Assembly (NCBI GenBank): GCA_964633955.1
Contig: CAZWIA010000001.1
Coordinates: 16,820-80,819 of the forward strand
Reading direction: 5' to 3'
Length of the DNA: 64,000 nt
Source of the DNA: an uncultured Candidatus Peribacteria bacterium
GTDB taxonomy: Bacteria; Patescibacteriota; Gracilibacteria; Peribacterales; Peribacteraceae
Below the pieces are notes generated by a model. It was given only the letters and a program-made list of their open reading frames with translations. It had not been told where the DNA came from and did no database searches. Numbering within the stretch: position 1 is the first letter of the stretch; each line of letters starts with the position of its first letter. This document shows, piece by piece, positions 27,716-36,384 of this stretch. The position numbers and the translations under genes were made by a program.

Positions 27716-30337
27716 GTGACGTTCGTCCTGCGTTTCCTCCTGTGGCCGATCTTCTGGGCGATCCTGGCGCTCGGTGCCTGGGTGTTCCAGTGGGATATCT
27801 GGGGCGTCTTCTGGCGGTGGTACAGCCGGGATCCCGGCTGGAACACGTTCTGGACCGTTCTGTGGATCGCAACCGCGTACGTCGTGTGGCGGGAAGTGAG
27901 CAAGCAGGCCCGGTTCTTCTACGCGCTCTGGATGTCCTCGCACCTGGTGCACATGAAGGTGCTGCTGCCGCGATCGGACACCAAGGTGGACCAGGAGAAG
28001 CGGACGGAGAAGGACTTCAAGGAGAAAGTGGCCATCATGGAGCAGCTCTACCGCGCGCTGTGGGAGGTGAAGGACCTCACGTTCTGGCGGCTGCTGCACT
28101 TCTGGATCACGCGTTTCCTCACCATGAGCTTTGAGCTCTATGTGGAGAACGGGGAGCTCACGTTCTACGTCATCACCCAGCCCAATCTGGTTTCCATTGT
28201 GGAGAAGCAGATCACCGCGTTCTACCCGGATGCGGAGGTGCGCGTGCAGCGCGCGCCGGAAATCTGGCAGCGGGGCTACGTGCTCTCCGCCTATCACATG
28301 CAGACCCGCAAGCCGTTCCAGTATCCCATCCGCTTTTACGAGCAGATGCAGGATGATCCGATCAACGACCTGGCCAACGTGCTTTCCAAGCTGGATGTGG
28401 ATGAGACGGCGTGCATCCAGATGGTCATCACGCCCACCTTCACGGACCGCTGGAGCCGGAAGGTCAAGCGCTTCGCCAGCCTGAAATTCAAGGGCAAGGA
28501 GGACCACTGGGTAGGACGGATCCCGCTCCTCTCAGACTTCATCCGCCTCTTCAGCGGGGTGGCTGCAGGAACGGACGGGCAGACCTTTGCGCCCGGGGCC
28601 AGTTCCGGCGACCAGTTTGTCCGCATGATCCAGCCGGAGGAGGAGCTCTACAAACGGATGGGAGAGAAGGCTGGCATGAGCGGTTTTCACGCCACCATCC
28701 GCCTCTTGGCGTCCGCCAAAACCAAACAGCGCGCGCTGGACATCACCAACAACATGCAGGTGGCGTTCAACGTGTTCAAGGACATCTACGGCAACTGGTT
28801 CATCAACCGGCAGTTCATCAGCAACATCCTCCCCATGGCGTGGAACGCGCCGGTGATGCACTGGCTCTGGCGCCACCGCATCAACGGGTACCTGAGCAGG
28901 CGGCCGCTCCTGGTGGAGCGGGAGCTTGCCGGGCTCTACCACTTCCCGGATAGCCGCTACAACAAGATCCCCATCATCCAGTGGATCAGCTACCGCATCC
29001 TGCCGCCGCCGCCAAACAGCCCGCGGGAGGGGATCCTCCTGGGTCTCAACGAGTACCGGGCGCTGAAGACGGAGATCAGATTCCTACCCGGAGACCGGAC
29101 CCGCCATGAGTACATCATCGGTAAATCCGGCTCGGGTAAATCCGCGCTCCTCTCCTTCCAGGCGCGGCAGGACGTGGCCGCAGGCGAGGGCCTCTGCGTA
29201 GTGGATCCGCACGGGGATTTGATTGAGGACATTCTGGCCCACATCCCCAAGGACCGGGCCAAGGACGTGGTCGTCTTTGATCCGGCGGATGCCGACCGGC
29301 CCATGGGGCTCAACCTGCTGGAGGCTCAAACGGATGAGGAGAAAGACCGTGCGTCGCTGGATGCCATGGAGATCTTCATCAAGCTCTTTGGCAATGAGAT
29401 CTTTGGCCCGCGCATTCAGCACTACTTCCGGAACGGTTGCCTCACGCTCATGGATGACGAGGAGGAGGGAGCCACGCTGATTGATGTCCCTCGCCTCTTT
29501 GTGGATGACGAGTTCCAGCGCTACAAGGTATCAAAGTGCAAGAACGCGGTGGTGCGGAGCTTCTGGGAGCATGAGATCGCCAAGACCGGCGCACGGGAGA
29601 AGGAGGAGATGATCCCGTACTTCTCCGCCAAGTTCGGTCCCTTTGTGACCAATACCACCATGCGCAACATCATTGGCCAGCCCAAGAGCGCCTTCAACAT
29701 CCGCCAGGTGATGGATGAGGGGAAGATCCTGCTGGTGAACCTGTCCAAGGGGAAGATAGGCGATATCAACGCGCAGCTTTTGGGGCTCATCTTTGTGAAC
29801 AAGGTGAACATGGCCGCGCTCTCCCGCGCGGACGTGCCGCAGCGCCAGCGCCGCCGTTTCTACCTGTACGTGGACGAGTTCCAGAACTTTGTCACGGACG
29901 CCTTTGCCACCATCCTCAGCGAGGCCCGCAAGTACGAGTTGGGGCTCATCATGGCGCACCAGTACATCGGCCAGCTGGTGGGCAAGACGGAGGAGTACGG
30001 CCAGGCTTCCACCAAAATGCGGGATGCGGTCTTTGGCAACGTGGGGACCATCCTCAGCTTCAAGATCGGCGCGGAGGACGCGGAGTACATGGTCAAGGAA
30101 TTCGCGCCGGTGCTGAGCGAGCAGGACGTGATCGGCATTCCCAACTTCCACTGCTACGCCAAGCTGAACATCAACAACACCACGTCCCGGCCGTTCAGCA
30201 TGAAGACCATCTACGATGAATCCGACCGGAACGAGAAGCTGGCGGCCCTGATCAAGGAGTACAGCCGCATGAAGTACGGACGGAAGCGGGTGTTCGTGGA
30301 CCAAGAAATAGAAGATAGAATTGGGATTATCAAGTAG
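27716..30337 (+). CDS. VirD4/TraD/TrwB-like type IV coupling protein-like membrane ATPase
   Basis: N-terminal TM helices; Walker A IIGKSGSGKSAL; Walker B RFYLYVDEFQNF; LIMAHQYIGQL. Confidence 0.7.
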   Translation: MTFVLRFLLWPIFWAILALGAWVFQWDIWGVFWRWYSRDPGWNTFWTVLWIATAYVVWREVSKQARFFYALWMSSHLVHMKVLLPRSDTKVDQEKRTEKDFKEKVAIMEQLYRALWEVKDLTFWRLLHFWITRFLTMSFELYVENGELTFYVITQPNLVSIVEKQITAFYPDAEVRVQRAPEIWQRGYVLSAYHMQTRKPFQYPIRFYEQMQDDPINDLANVLSKLDVDETACIQMVITPTFTDRWSRKVKRFASLKFKGKEDHWVGRIPLLSDFIRLFSGVAAGTDGQTFAPGASSGDQFVRMIQPEEELYKRMGEKAGMSGFHATIRLLASAKTKQRALDITNNMQVAFNVFKDIYGNWFINRQFISNILPMAWNAPVMHWLWRHRINGYLSRRPLLVERELAGLYHFPDSRYNKIPIIQWISYRILPPPPNSPREGILLGLNEYRALKTEIRFLPGDRTRHEYIIGKSGSGKSALLSFQARQDVAAGEGLCVVDPHGDLIEDILAHIPKDRAKDVVVFDPADADRPMGLNLLEAQTDEEKDRASLDAMEIFIKLFGNEIFGPRIQHYFRNGCLTLMDDEEEGATLIDVPRLFVDDEFQRYKVSKCKNAVVRSFWEHEIAKTGAREKEEMIPYFSAKFGPFVTNTTMRNIIGQPKSAFNIRQVMDEGKILLVNLSKGKIGDINAQLLGLIFVNKVNMAALSRADVPQRQRRRFYLYVDEFQNFVTDAFATILSEARKYELGLIMAHQYIGQLVGKTEEYGQASTKMRDAVFGNVGTILSFKIGAEDAEYMVKEFAPVLSEQDVIGIPNFHCYAKLNINNTTSRPFSMKTIYDESDRNEKLAALIKEYSRMKYGRKRVFVDQEIEDRIGIIK

Positions 30338-30478
30338 GCGGCAATAGGATGAGTGCGAGCGTTCTCTCTTGCCGTGGAACGCTATTTGTCCCATGTGCAC
30401 GACCAAAACCCGCAGCGGACAGTTAGGACTCGCTGCGATCCCATGGAATGCCGGTGAAACGGGTTCCAGAATGCGCTC

Positions 30479-30988
30479 ATGCCTCAGAAGCACCTCTCCC
30501 AAGAGGGAACGTTCCACGTCACCACCAACGCCAAGGGCCGCATGCCGTGGTGTACATTGCCGGGCGTGCCGGAGATCCTGATCGATAACCTGTGCATGAC
30601 GCGGTCGGTCCACCGGGCGGAGCTGTTTGCGTTCTGCGTGTTGCCGGACCACGTGCACATGGTGATCCGGCCGGGGGAGAGAGGATTGAGCCGGTTCGTG
30701 CAATCGTTCAAATCCCATGCCATGGTGGAGATTCGTTCCCTGTTTACAAACGTGAATCCCGTAGCAGCGAGCCATGGCTCGCTGCTACGATTACGTGTGA
30801 GGGATATCTTGTGGCAAAAGGGCTATCATGACGAACACATCCAGGATGATGACCAGCTCCACGCCGCCTTGGCGTACGTGCGGGCTAACGCCTGCCGGCA
30901 CGGCCTTTCTGAGACGCCGGAGGACTGGCCGTGGACCTCGCTGCACTTTGGCGATCGGCTGGATGTCTGGAGCCCGTGGTTCGACTGA
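30479..30988 (+). CDS. REP-associated tyrosine transposase (RAYT) / IS200-like Y1 HUH transposase
   Basis: HUH motif LPDHVHMVI; LWQKGYHDEHI; catalytic-Tyr motif LAYVRANACRHGL. Confidence 0.8.
   Translation: MPQKHLSQEGTFHVTTNAKGRMPWCTLPGVPEILIDNLCMTRSVHRAELFAFCVLPDHVHMVIRPGERGLSRFVQSFKSHAMVEIRSLFTNVNPVAASHGSLLRLRVRDILWQKGYHDEHIQDDDQLHAALAYVRANACRHGLSETPEDWPWTSLHFGDRLDVWSPWFD
30760..30789. repeat. 30-nt perfect palindrome with GTAG/CTAC feet inside the RAYT gene
   Basis: cgtagcagcgagccatggctcgctgctacg, read directly. Confidence 0.85.
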
Positions 30989-31420
30989 ATCGGCGTGAGC
31001 CCTTGAGTAGCCGGGCGTTCGTGCCATCCGCGGAGCGATCGAATTGGACTGTAGAATGCAAAATTCCCAATATCAATGCTATACGATGAGATAACGCAGT
31101 TCTGCGAAACCGGATTTCTGTTGACGCGGGCGAGCCCAGGCCTTTTAATGCGCGCGCTTTTGTTTCTCTTTTTCCCGCTCCAGAGAGATGGTGAACACCG
31201 CGCCCGATCACCGGGCAGAACAGGAAAACGCAGATCCTACGCTCATCGGCCGCCGGGCTAACGGTACTTCCTTGCAGAGAGTTCATAGAAAACAGACCGA
31301 GATTACGATGAACTTCAGAAGGCAGCTCGGCCTTTTGGTTGATGAGCCAGGAGAGGATGAAGTCGAGCGGCAGGATGAGGCGGCGTAGCCCTGCGGGGAA
31401 GCAGCCAGCCAGAATCAATA

Positions 31421-31449
31421 CAGCAGAGGCCCAAGAGGGCCTCTGCTGA
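31421..31449 (-). terminator. Hairpin downstream of the 31470-32621 gene
   Basis: cagcagaggccc-aaga-gggcctctgctg, about 20 nt after the minus-strand stop. Confidence 0.5.
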
Positions 31450-31469
31450 TGTGACTTGCCACAGGAAGA

Positions 31470-32621
31470 CTATGGGACGACCTGAATCCAGGTGCTACTG
31501 CGATTGTTCTCACGGTTGATTTCTGGATCATCTGTGTGGAGTTCAAACATGAAGTAGTTTCCACCGAAGAACGTACCTGCCACTAACGGCACTTCTATAT
31601 CCCACATACCAGGCGGCAGGCGGCCGATGCGACACTCCAACTCACCTCTCTCCGTTGCACCGCACTCCGCACTCAAATTATTCATGACGGCGGAGGACAG
31701 GCTGGGCCATACGCGTTCGTGATCAATCGTTGGGCCGTCAATGCCGAACCTCATGCGGACGGATTGTGCAGATGCTGTTCCCCGGTTGCCAAAACGCACG
31801 CGCACGTTGAAGTGTTGTCCGGGTCGTACGGAGGTAGGTGGGGCTATCTGAGTAAAGAGATCGATAGAGTGTGATGCGGCGCTGCTGGCACGGCTGGAAA
31901 CGGAAGAGCTCATCCGGCTGGAGAGACTGGAGCTGCTTCCGGTGCGCGGCTCGCACACGCCGGTGCAGACATCAGGACAGCCTGCTCCAGGCGGGCAGGC
32001 GGGCCGACAATCGCCACGCTCCGTGGAGCAGCGCTGGTCAGGCCTGCATTCAAGAGATGACCTGCACGCGGCAGCCGCGTCAGCGCACCTAAACTGCCCC
32101 CCCGTGCTGGCCTGGTTGCTGTCTGCCAACCGGGGGTCCGGCGTGATGATGGAGAATGCCCAGGCGGTGAAGTGGAACTGGCGGGTGCAGAAGGGGGGCA
32201 GCATGGTGTCTCCGCCCGCTGGAAAATCCTTCACACCGATCATGAGGGTCATGCTCCGCTCTGCCGCGATGAGCGGGATGCGGCAGGTGGCGGTGGTGCG
32301 GCCGATGCACCCCCGGGAACTCTCCGGATCCAGCTGTGTATGGTCAGGAAGCTCCGCAAAGACGTGCGTCAGCTGCGCGGCGGCCGGGCCGCTATTGGTC
32401 ACCGTGACGCGGAAGAGCTGGACGCCTGGGCGCGTTTGGCTCGGTCCGGCATAGTCAACGCTCACATTCAAGTTCGCCTCACGGGCTGCGCCCCGTCCGG
32501 GATCCACCAGCTGCCCGCGGAAGCGGCTGAAGGAGAAGGCGGAAGAGGGTTCCGGCAAGGTAGCCGTAACCGCAAGCAGCCCCGCGGTGACCGCGGCAGC
32601 TAAGAGGGGGATGGTCCTCAT
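31470..32621 (-). CDS. Secreted hypothetical protein (two beta-rich repeat regions flanking a Cys-rich linker and Ser-rich stretch)
   Basis: Signal peptide MRTIPLLAAAVTAGLLAVTA; FRVTVTNSGPAAAQ-type motif; CRSSLECRPDQRCSTERGDCRPACPPGAGCPDVCTGVCEP. Confidence 0.6.
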   Translation of the reverse strand: MRTIPLLAAAVTAGLLAVTATLPEPSSAFSFSRFRGQLVDPGRGAAREANLNVSVDYAGPSQTRPGVQLFRVTVTNSGPAAAQLTHVFAELPDHTQLDPESSRGCIGRTTATCRIPLIAAERSMTLMIGVKDFPAGGDTMLPPFCTRQFHFTAWAFSIITPDPRLADSNQASTGGQFRCADAAAACRSSLECRPDQRCSTERGDCRPACPPGAGCPDVCTGVCEPRTGSSSSLSSRMSSSVSSRASSAASHSIDLFTQIAPPTSVRPGQHFNVRVRFGNRGTASAQSVRMRFGIDGPTIDHERVWPSLSSAVMNNLSAECGATERGELECRIGRLPPGMWDIEVPLVAGTFFGGNYFMFELHTDDPEINRENNRSSTWIQVVP

Positions 32622-32773
32622 GAGGGGAAAGGGGAAGGGGACGGACGCCAGCATCCCGCAGGCGCTTCCATGGTGAAAGCGGATTCCCTTGCGTATGTAG
32701 ACTGTTCGGCTGGGCGATCGTACTGCTTTCACGGCTTGCCATCCGTCCGCCTCCTCCGTACCCTGCGGGCACT

Positions 32774-33070
32774 ATGGTGTCTTTCTCTCAAGCCCGCGAC
32801 CTCTACCGCCTGCAGCGGGATGCCAAGCGCATCAAGAAGGAGCTCCGCAACACGCACGTGGAGGCGGAAGCGCAGGGCGTGAAGGTGGTGGTGTCCGGGG
32901 AGCAGGAGATCGTGGAGATCACCATTGCGCCGGAGGTGCCGCGGGAGCGGATCCCGGAGCTCCTGAAAGACGCCCTCAACCGCGCCATGAAGAAGGCGCA
33001 ACTGGTCTCCGCGGAGCGCATGAAGGGCATCATGGGGCAGATGGGGCTGGAGATGCCGGGCGGGGAGTGA
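32774..33070 (+). CDS. ybaB: YbaB/EbfC-family nucleoid-associated protein
   Basis: Size, and VEAEAQGVKVVVSGEQEIVEITIAPEV...LKDALNRAMKKAQ. Confidence 0.85.
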   Translation: MVSFSQARDLYRLQRDAKRIKKELRNTHVEAEAQGVKVVVSGEQEIVEITIAPEVPRERIPELLKDALNRAMKKAQLVSAERMKGIMGQMGLEMPGGE

Positions 33071-33120
33071 TGCGGATTGATAGCCTTTTCATGGCAACGT
33101 GGCATCAGTAGCATGCGCAC

Positions 33121-34134
33121 ATGCGGAAGCTCCTGCCGCTCCTGGCTATCATCCTCATCGTCTGGCTCAGCCGGGGGGTGGCCTACCGTCAAGGCCTTGA
33201 GCCCAGGGATCCGGAGACTAGCGGCCGCATCACGGTCACGGTTCCGGAGGGCGCGTCCCTGGCGGCCATCGCCGGCCAGCTCCGGGAGGCCGGTATCATC
33301 CGCTCCGCGTGGGCGTTTGAGCGCTACGCCAACCGGCAGGGCCTGGCGCAGAGCCTGCAAGCGGGCACCTTTACGCTCAGTCCGTCCATGACGGCCGCGG
33401 ACGTGGTGCGCGTGCTCCGGACCGGTGGCGGGGAGCAGGTGACGCTCACCATCCCGGAGGGCTTCACGGTGGAGGACATCGACCGGCTGCTGACAGGCAA
33501 GGGGCTCATCACGCGCGGGGAATTCACCGCGTGTGCGCGCACGTGCGCGTTTGACCATTCATTCCTGCCTCCCCTCAGTCTCCAGATGGCCGCGCGCGGC
33601 GGCCGGCTGGAGGGATACCTCTACCCGGATACGTATTTCGTGAATCCGGCGGAGTTCACCCCGCAGTCGTTCGCTGACCGGCTGCTCAAGACGTTCCAGA
33701 CCAAGGTGGTGGACGCGCTGCAGAAACAGCTCACGGCTGCGGACCATCCCCTTCACGCCGTAGTGACCGTGGCGTCCCTGGTGGAAGAAGAGACGCGCAC
33801 GGCGGAGGAGCGGCCGGTGGTGGCCGGTATCCTCTGGAAGCGGCTCAGTGAGGGGATGCGGCTGGATGTGGACGCCGCGCTCCGCTATGCGATCGGGAAG
33901 TCCACAGACGCCATCACGCGCGCGGACTTAGAGGTGGATTCTCCGTATAACCTGCGGCGCGTCCGGGGCCTCCCGCCGGGGCCCATTGCCAGTCCGGGCC
34001 TTGCGAGCATCCGCGCGGCGCTGGCGCCTCAGCCGAGCCCGTACTACTACTACCTCCATGGCTCGGATGGCCGGATCCGGTACGCCCGGACCAACGAGGA
34101 GCACAACCAGAACCGCGCGCGGTACCTGCCGTGA
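33121..34134 (+). CDS. mltG: Endolytic murein transglycosylase MltG (YceG-like)
   Basis: LEGYLYPDTYFV; ASLVEEETRTAEERPVVAGILWKRL; SPYNLRRVRGLPPGPIASPG. Confidence 0.9.
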   Translation: MRKLLPLLAIILIVWLSRGVAYRQGLEPRDPETSGRITVTVPEGASLAAIAGQLREAGIIRSAWAFERYANRQGLAQSLQAGTFTLSPSMTAADVVRVLRTGGGEQVTLTIPEGFTVEDIDRLLTGKGLITRGEFTACARTCAFDHSFLPPLSLQMAARGGRLEGYLYPDTYFVNPAEFTPQSFADRLLKTFQTKVVDALQKQLTAADHPLHAVVTVASLVEEETRTAEERPVVAGILWKRLSEGMRLDVDAALRYAIGKSTDAITRADLEVDSPYNLRRVRGLPPGPIASPGLASIRAALAPQPSPYYYYLHGSDGRIRYARTNEEHNQNRARYLP

Positions 34135-34312
34135 GGCGGTGTACGCCATTGCGCAGCATCACATGCGACACCAGAAGTAGGAGGAGCATCATTCGGTTGC
34201 AACCTCCGAACAATGTCCAATCTCCATCGTGGGTCTCAATGTTCGCACTCCTGGTTGTTTCCAGTGCGGGGAATGGGGGGGATTGGATACTGGTTTGGCC
34301 GTTGATGTTTGG

Positions 34313-35596
34313 TCATTCCGCCTCAGGCGGGTTGGGCTTCGTCAATTCATCCTGTGCAATGCGACGGAAGACGTACTCCCGCTTGGTGGGGTTCACCAGT
34401 GTCAGCTCGTAGCCTGTCTGTCGGAGGAGGAAGGTTTGTAGATGATGCAGTGCGGTGGAGAGAGTGTGGTGCGAGCATTGCAGTTCCCCTAGCATTGCCG
34501 TGCGCGTAGTAGTGCAGCTTTCAGCGGATCCCAGGTGCGCGAGCAGCCAGCAGAGCGCTGCAATGTCAGCCTGATTGCCGCGAATTTTCTTGATCTTAGG
34601 GTGGTACCAATGCCGGAAGATCAGCCGCTCTAGCTCCGCCCGCGCGGTTGGCGGCGGCGACCAGGTAGTGGCTGCCTGCATCTTGCGCCAGATCTTTAGC
34701 CTGCAATCCTCCTCCATTGTGAGCGCGGACGGAGGCAGGGCGGCCTGAAGAGCTCCAGTGCTCCCACTGCTGACTGGTGCCCGCCGCGAGATCCACACTG
34801 TCATCGGTTGATCCTGCTTCTTCCGGGAAAGTCCAACGGTCAGTCCGCAGCGAGAGACGTACTGTTTGATGGACCGGACTTTCCGCAGGAGCTGCTCGTA
34901 GTCTTGCCCAACAACCCGGCAGATCTCCGCTGCTTCCACCTCTGCCCGATCGCCGTCACCCAGCCGGTGCACCAGCCAGCCCAGGGTGACAGCTTCCCCA
35001 GGGCCGCCGCAGAGGAAGGGCAAAGTGCGGCGCAAGTGCTTCTCCCGGCGGATTTGTTCAAATACGTCCAGAACGCGCGCATCAGTAGTCATCCCCTGGA
35101 TGGTCTCCGTGTCCGTGATGTGAATCTCTGCACATGCGCGATGCAAGTAGCCTGCGGGATCGGTGGGTATGGTGTCCGTAGGCGCTGGCTCGTCAGGCGC
35201 TTCCTGTGCCGGGAGTTCCAGGTGTGAGACGAGTTCTTGGTGCGCTTCCGGGCTGAGCCGCTGGGCCAGCTGCTCTAGGATGGCCTGTTCCATGCTCAGA
35301 TGAGTCTGCTGCAGGAGAAATGCTATCCGTTTAGGTGCATTGGTGTCAGGTTCTTCCGCTGCCTGCGCGATCCGCAGGACGGTACGCAGCTGACGTTCCA
35401 GTTCCTGCCGTGATTCCCTGCGCGTCAGGATGCCGCTGATCTGCCGGCTAGCCGCCTGAAACGCGAATTCCCCTAGCGCTTCATAGAACTTCCGGCGGTG
35501 GTGCTGGTCAAAGCGTTCCATGTCCGCTTGCGGGCTTGGCGCGCTGCGATCCCAGTAGGATGCCCAGCGATCAGGAAGAGGACCGTTTTCTCGCAT
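34313..35596 (-). CDS. Hypothetical protein with two wHTH-like repeats (AT-richer island)
   Basis: C-terminal 427 aa of the listed 709-aa ORF, from Met MRENGPL. The upstream part is antisense to a recognisable plus-strand gene. Confidence 0.55.
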   Translation of the reverse strand: MRENGPLPDRWASYWDRSAPSPQADMERFDQHHRRKFYEALGEFAFQAASRQISGILTRRESRQELERQLRTVLRIAQAAEEPDTNAPKRIAFLLQQTHLSMEQAILEQLAQRLSPEAHQELVSHLELPAQEAPDEPAPTDTIPTDPAGYLHRACAEIHITDTETIQGMTTDARVLDVFEQIRREKHLRRTLPFLCGGPGEAVTLGWLVHRLGDGDRAEVEAAEICRVVGQDYEQLLRKVRSIKQYVSRCGLTVGLSRKKQDQPMTVWISRRAPVSSGSTGALQAALPPSALTMEEDCRLKIWRKMQAATTWSPPPTARAELERLIFRHWYHPKIKKIRGNQADIAALCWLLAHLGSAESCTTTRTAMLGELQCSHHTLSTALHHLQTFLLRQTGYELTLVNPTKREYVFRRIAQDELTKPNPPEAE

Positions 35597-35628
35597 GTCC
35601 TGACTGTAGCCATAAACAATGAAATCTG

Positions 35629-35634
35629 CTATAG
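35629..35634 (+). promoter_or_regulatory. -10 element in CTGCTATAGT upstream of the LOG-like gene
   Basis: The extended -10 lies about 26 nt before the ATG at 35660. Confidence 0.35.
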
Positions 35635-35659
35635 TAGTTTGATATTCTGTACTCCCGGA

Positions 35660-36268
35660 ATGCCGCACCGTCACCGAATCAAGATCGGCGTCATGGGGTC
35701 CGCCAGCGGACCGCAGATTGATGATCCGCACGCCAAGGCCATGGCCCGGCAGCTGGGGGAGGAGATAGGGCGCCGCGGGTACATCTTCATCAACGGCGCG
35801 TGCCCGGGCCTGCCGCATGAGGCCATGCTGGGTGCCAAATCCAGAAACGGCTTCACCATTGGCATTTCTCCGGCCTTCTCCGAGTATGAGCACGTCAACG
35901 AGTATCTCTCCCCCCACGGGCACGACATGATCATCTACACCGGCATGGGCTTCATGGAGCGGGACATCATCAACATCCGGTCGGCGGACGCGGTGGTCAT
36001 CATCGGCGGCGGCATTGGCACGCTCAATGAGTTCACCATTGCCTATGATGAAGGCCGGCCGATCGGCGTGGTGACCGGCACCGGCGGGATCAGTGATTCG
36101 ATCCAACACGTGGTGGTGGAGCTCTGTGAGCGGGAGATGCCGAGGAACCTGGTCATGGACAGCGATCCGGCGAAGCTGCTGGACAAGCTGGAAGTGGTGG
36201 TGCAGGCGTTCCCGCTGCCCGTCCGCGAGGATGGGAGAGTGCGGGACGACCGGCGGGGGAGGGGATAG
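35660..36268 (+). CDS. LOG / TIGR00725-family (SLOG-fold) protein
   Basis: IGVMGSASG; GGGIGTLNEF (PGGxGTxxE-like); start at the internal ATG 35660. Confidence 0.8.
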   Translation: MPHRHRIKIGVMGSASGPQIDDPHAKAMARQLGEEIGRRGYIFINGACPGLPHEAMLGAKSRNGFTIGISPAFSEYEHVNEYLSPHGHDMIIYTGMGFMERDIINIRSADAVVIIGGGIGTLNEFTIAYDEGRPIGVVTGTGGISDSIQHVVVELCEREMPRNLVMDSDPAKLLDKLEVVVQAFPLPVREDGRVRDDRRGRG

Positions 36269-36275
36269 GCGGACG

Positions 36276-36340
36276 GTAGGGAGGGCAGGAAAGGCAGAGA
36301 GGGCAGAGAAGGTCTGTTCATACTGCCCTCCCTGCCCTAC
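36276..36340. repeat. Palindrome of GGGCAG words between convergent genes
   Basis: gtagggagggcagg pairs with ctgccctccctgccctac. Confidence 0.45.
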
Positions 36341-36384
36341 ACACCATGTGCAGCGTATCAATGTCCGCGCGGTTACGGAGTCCT

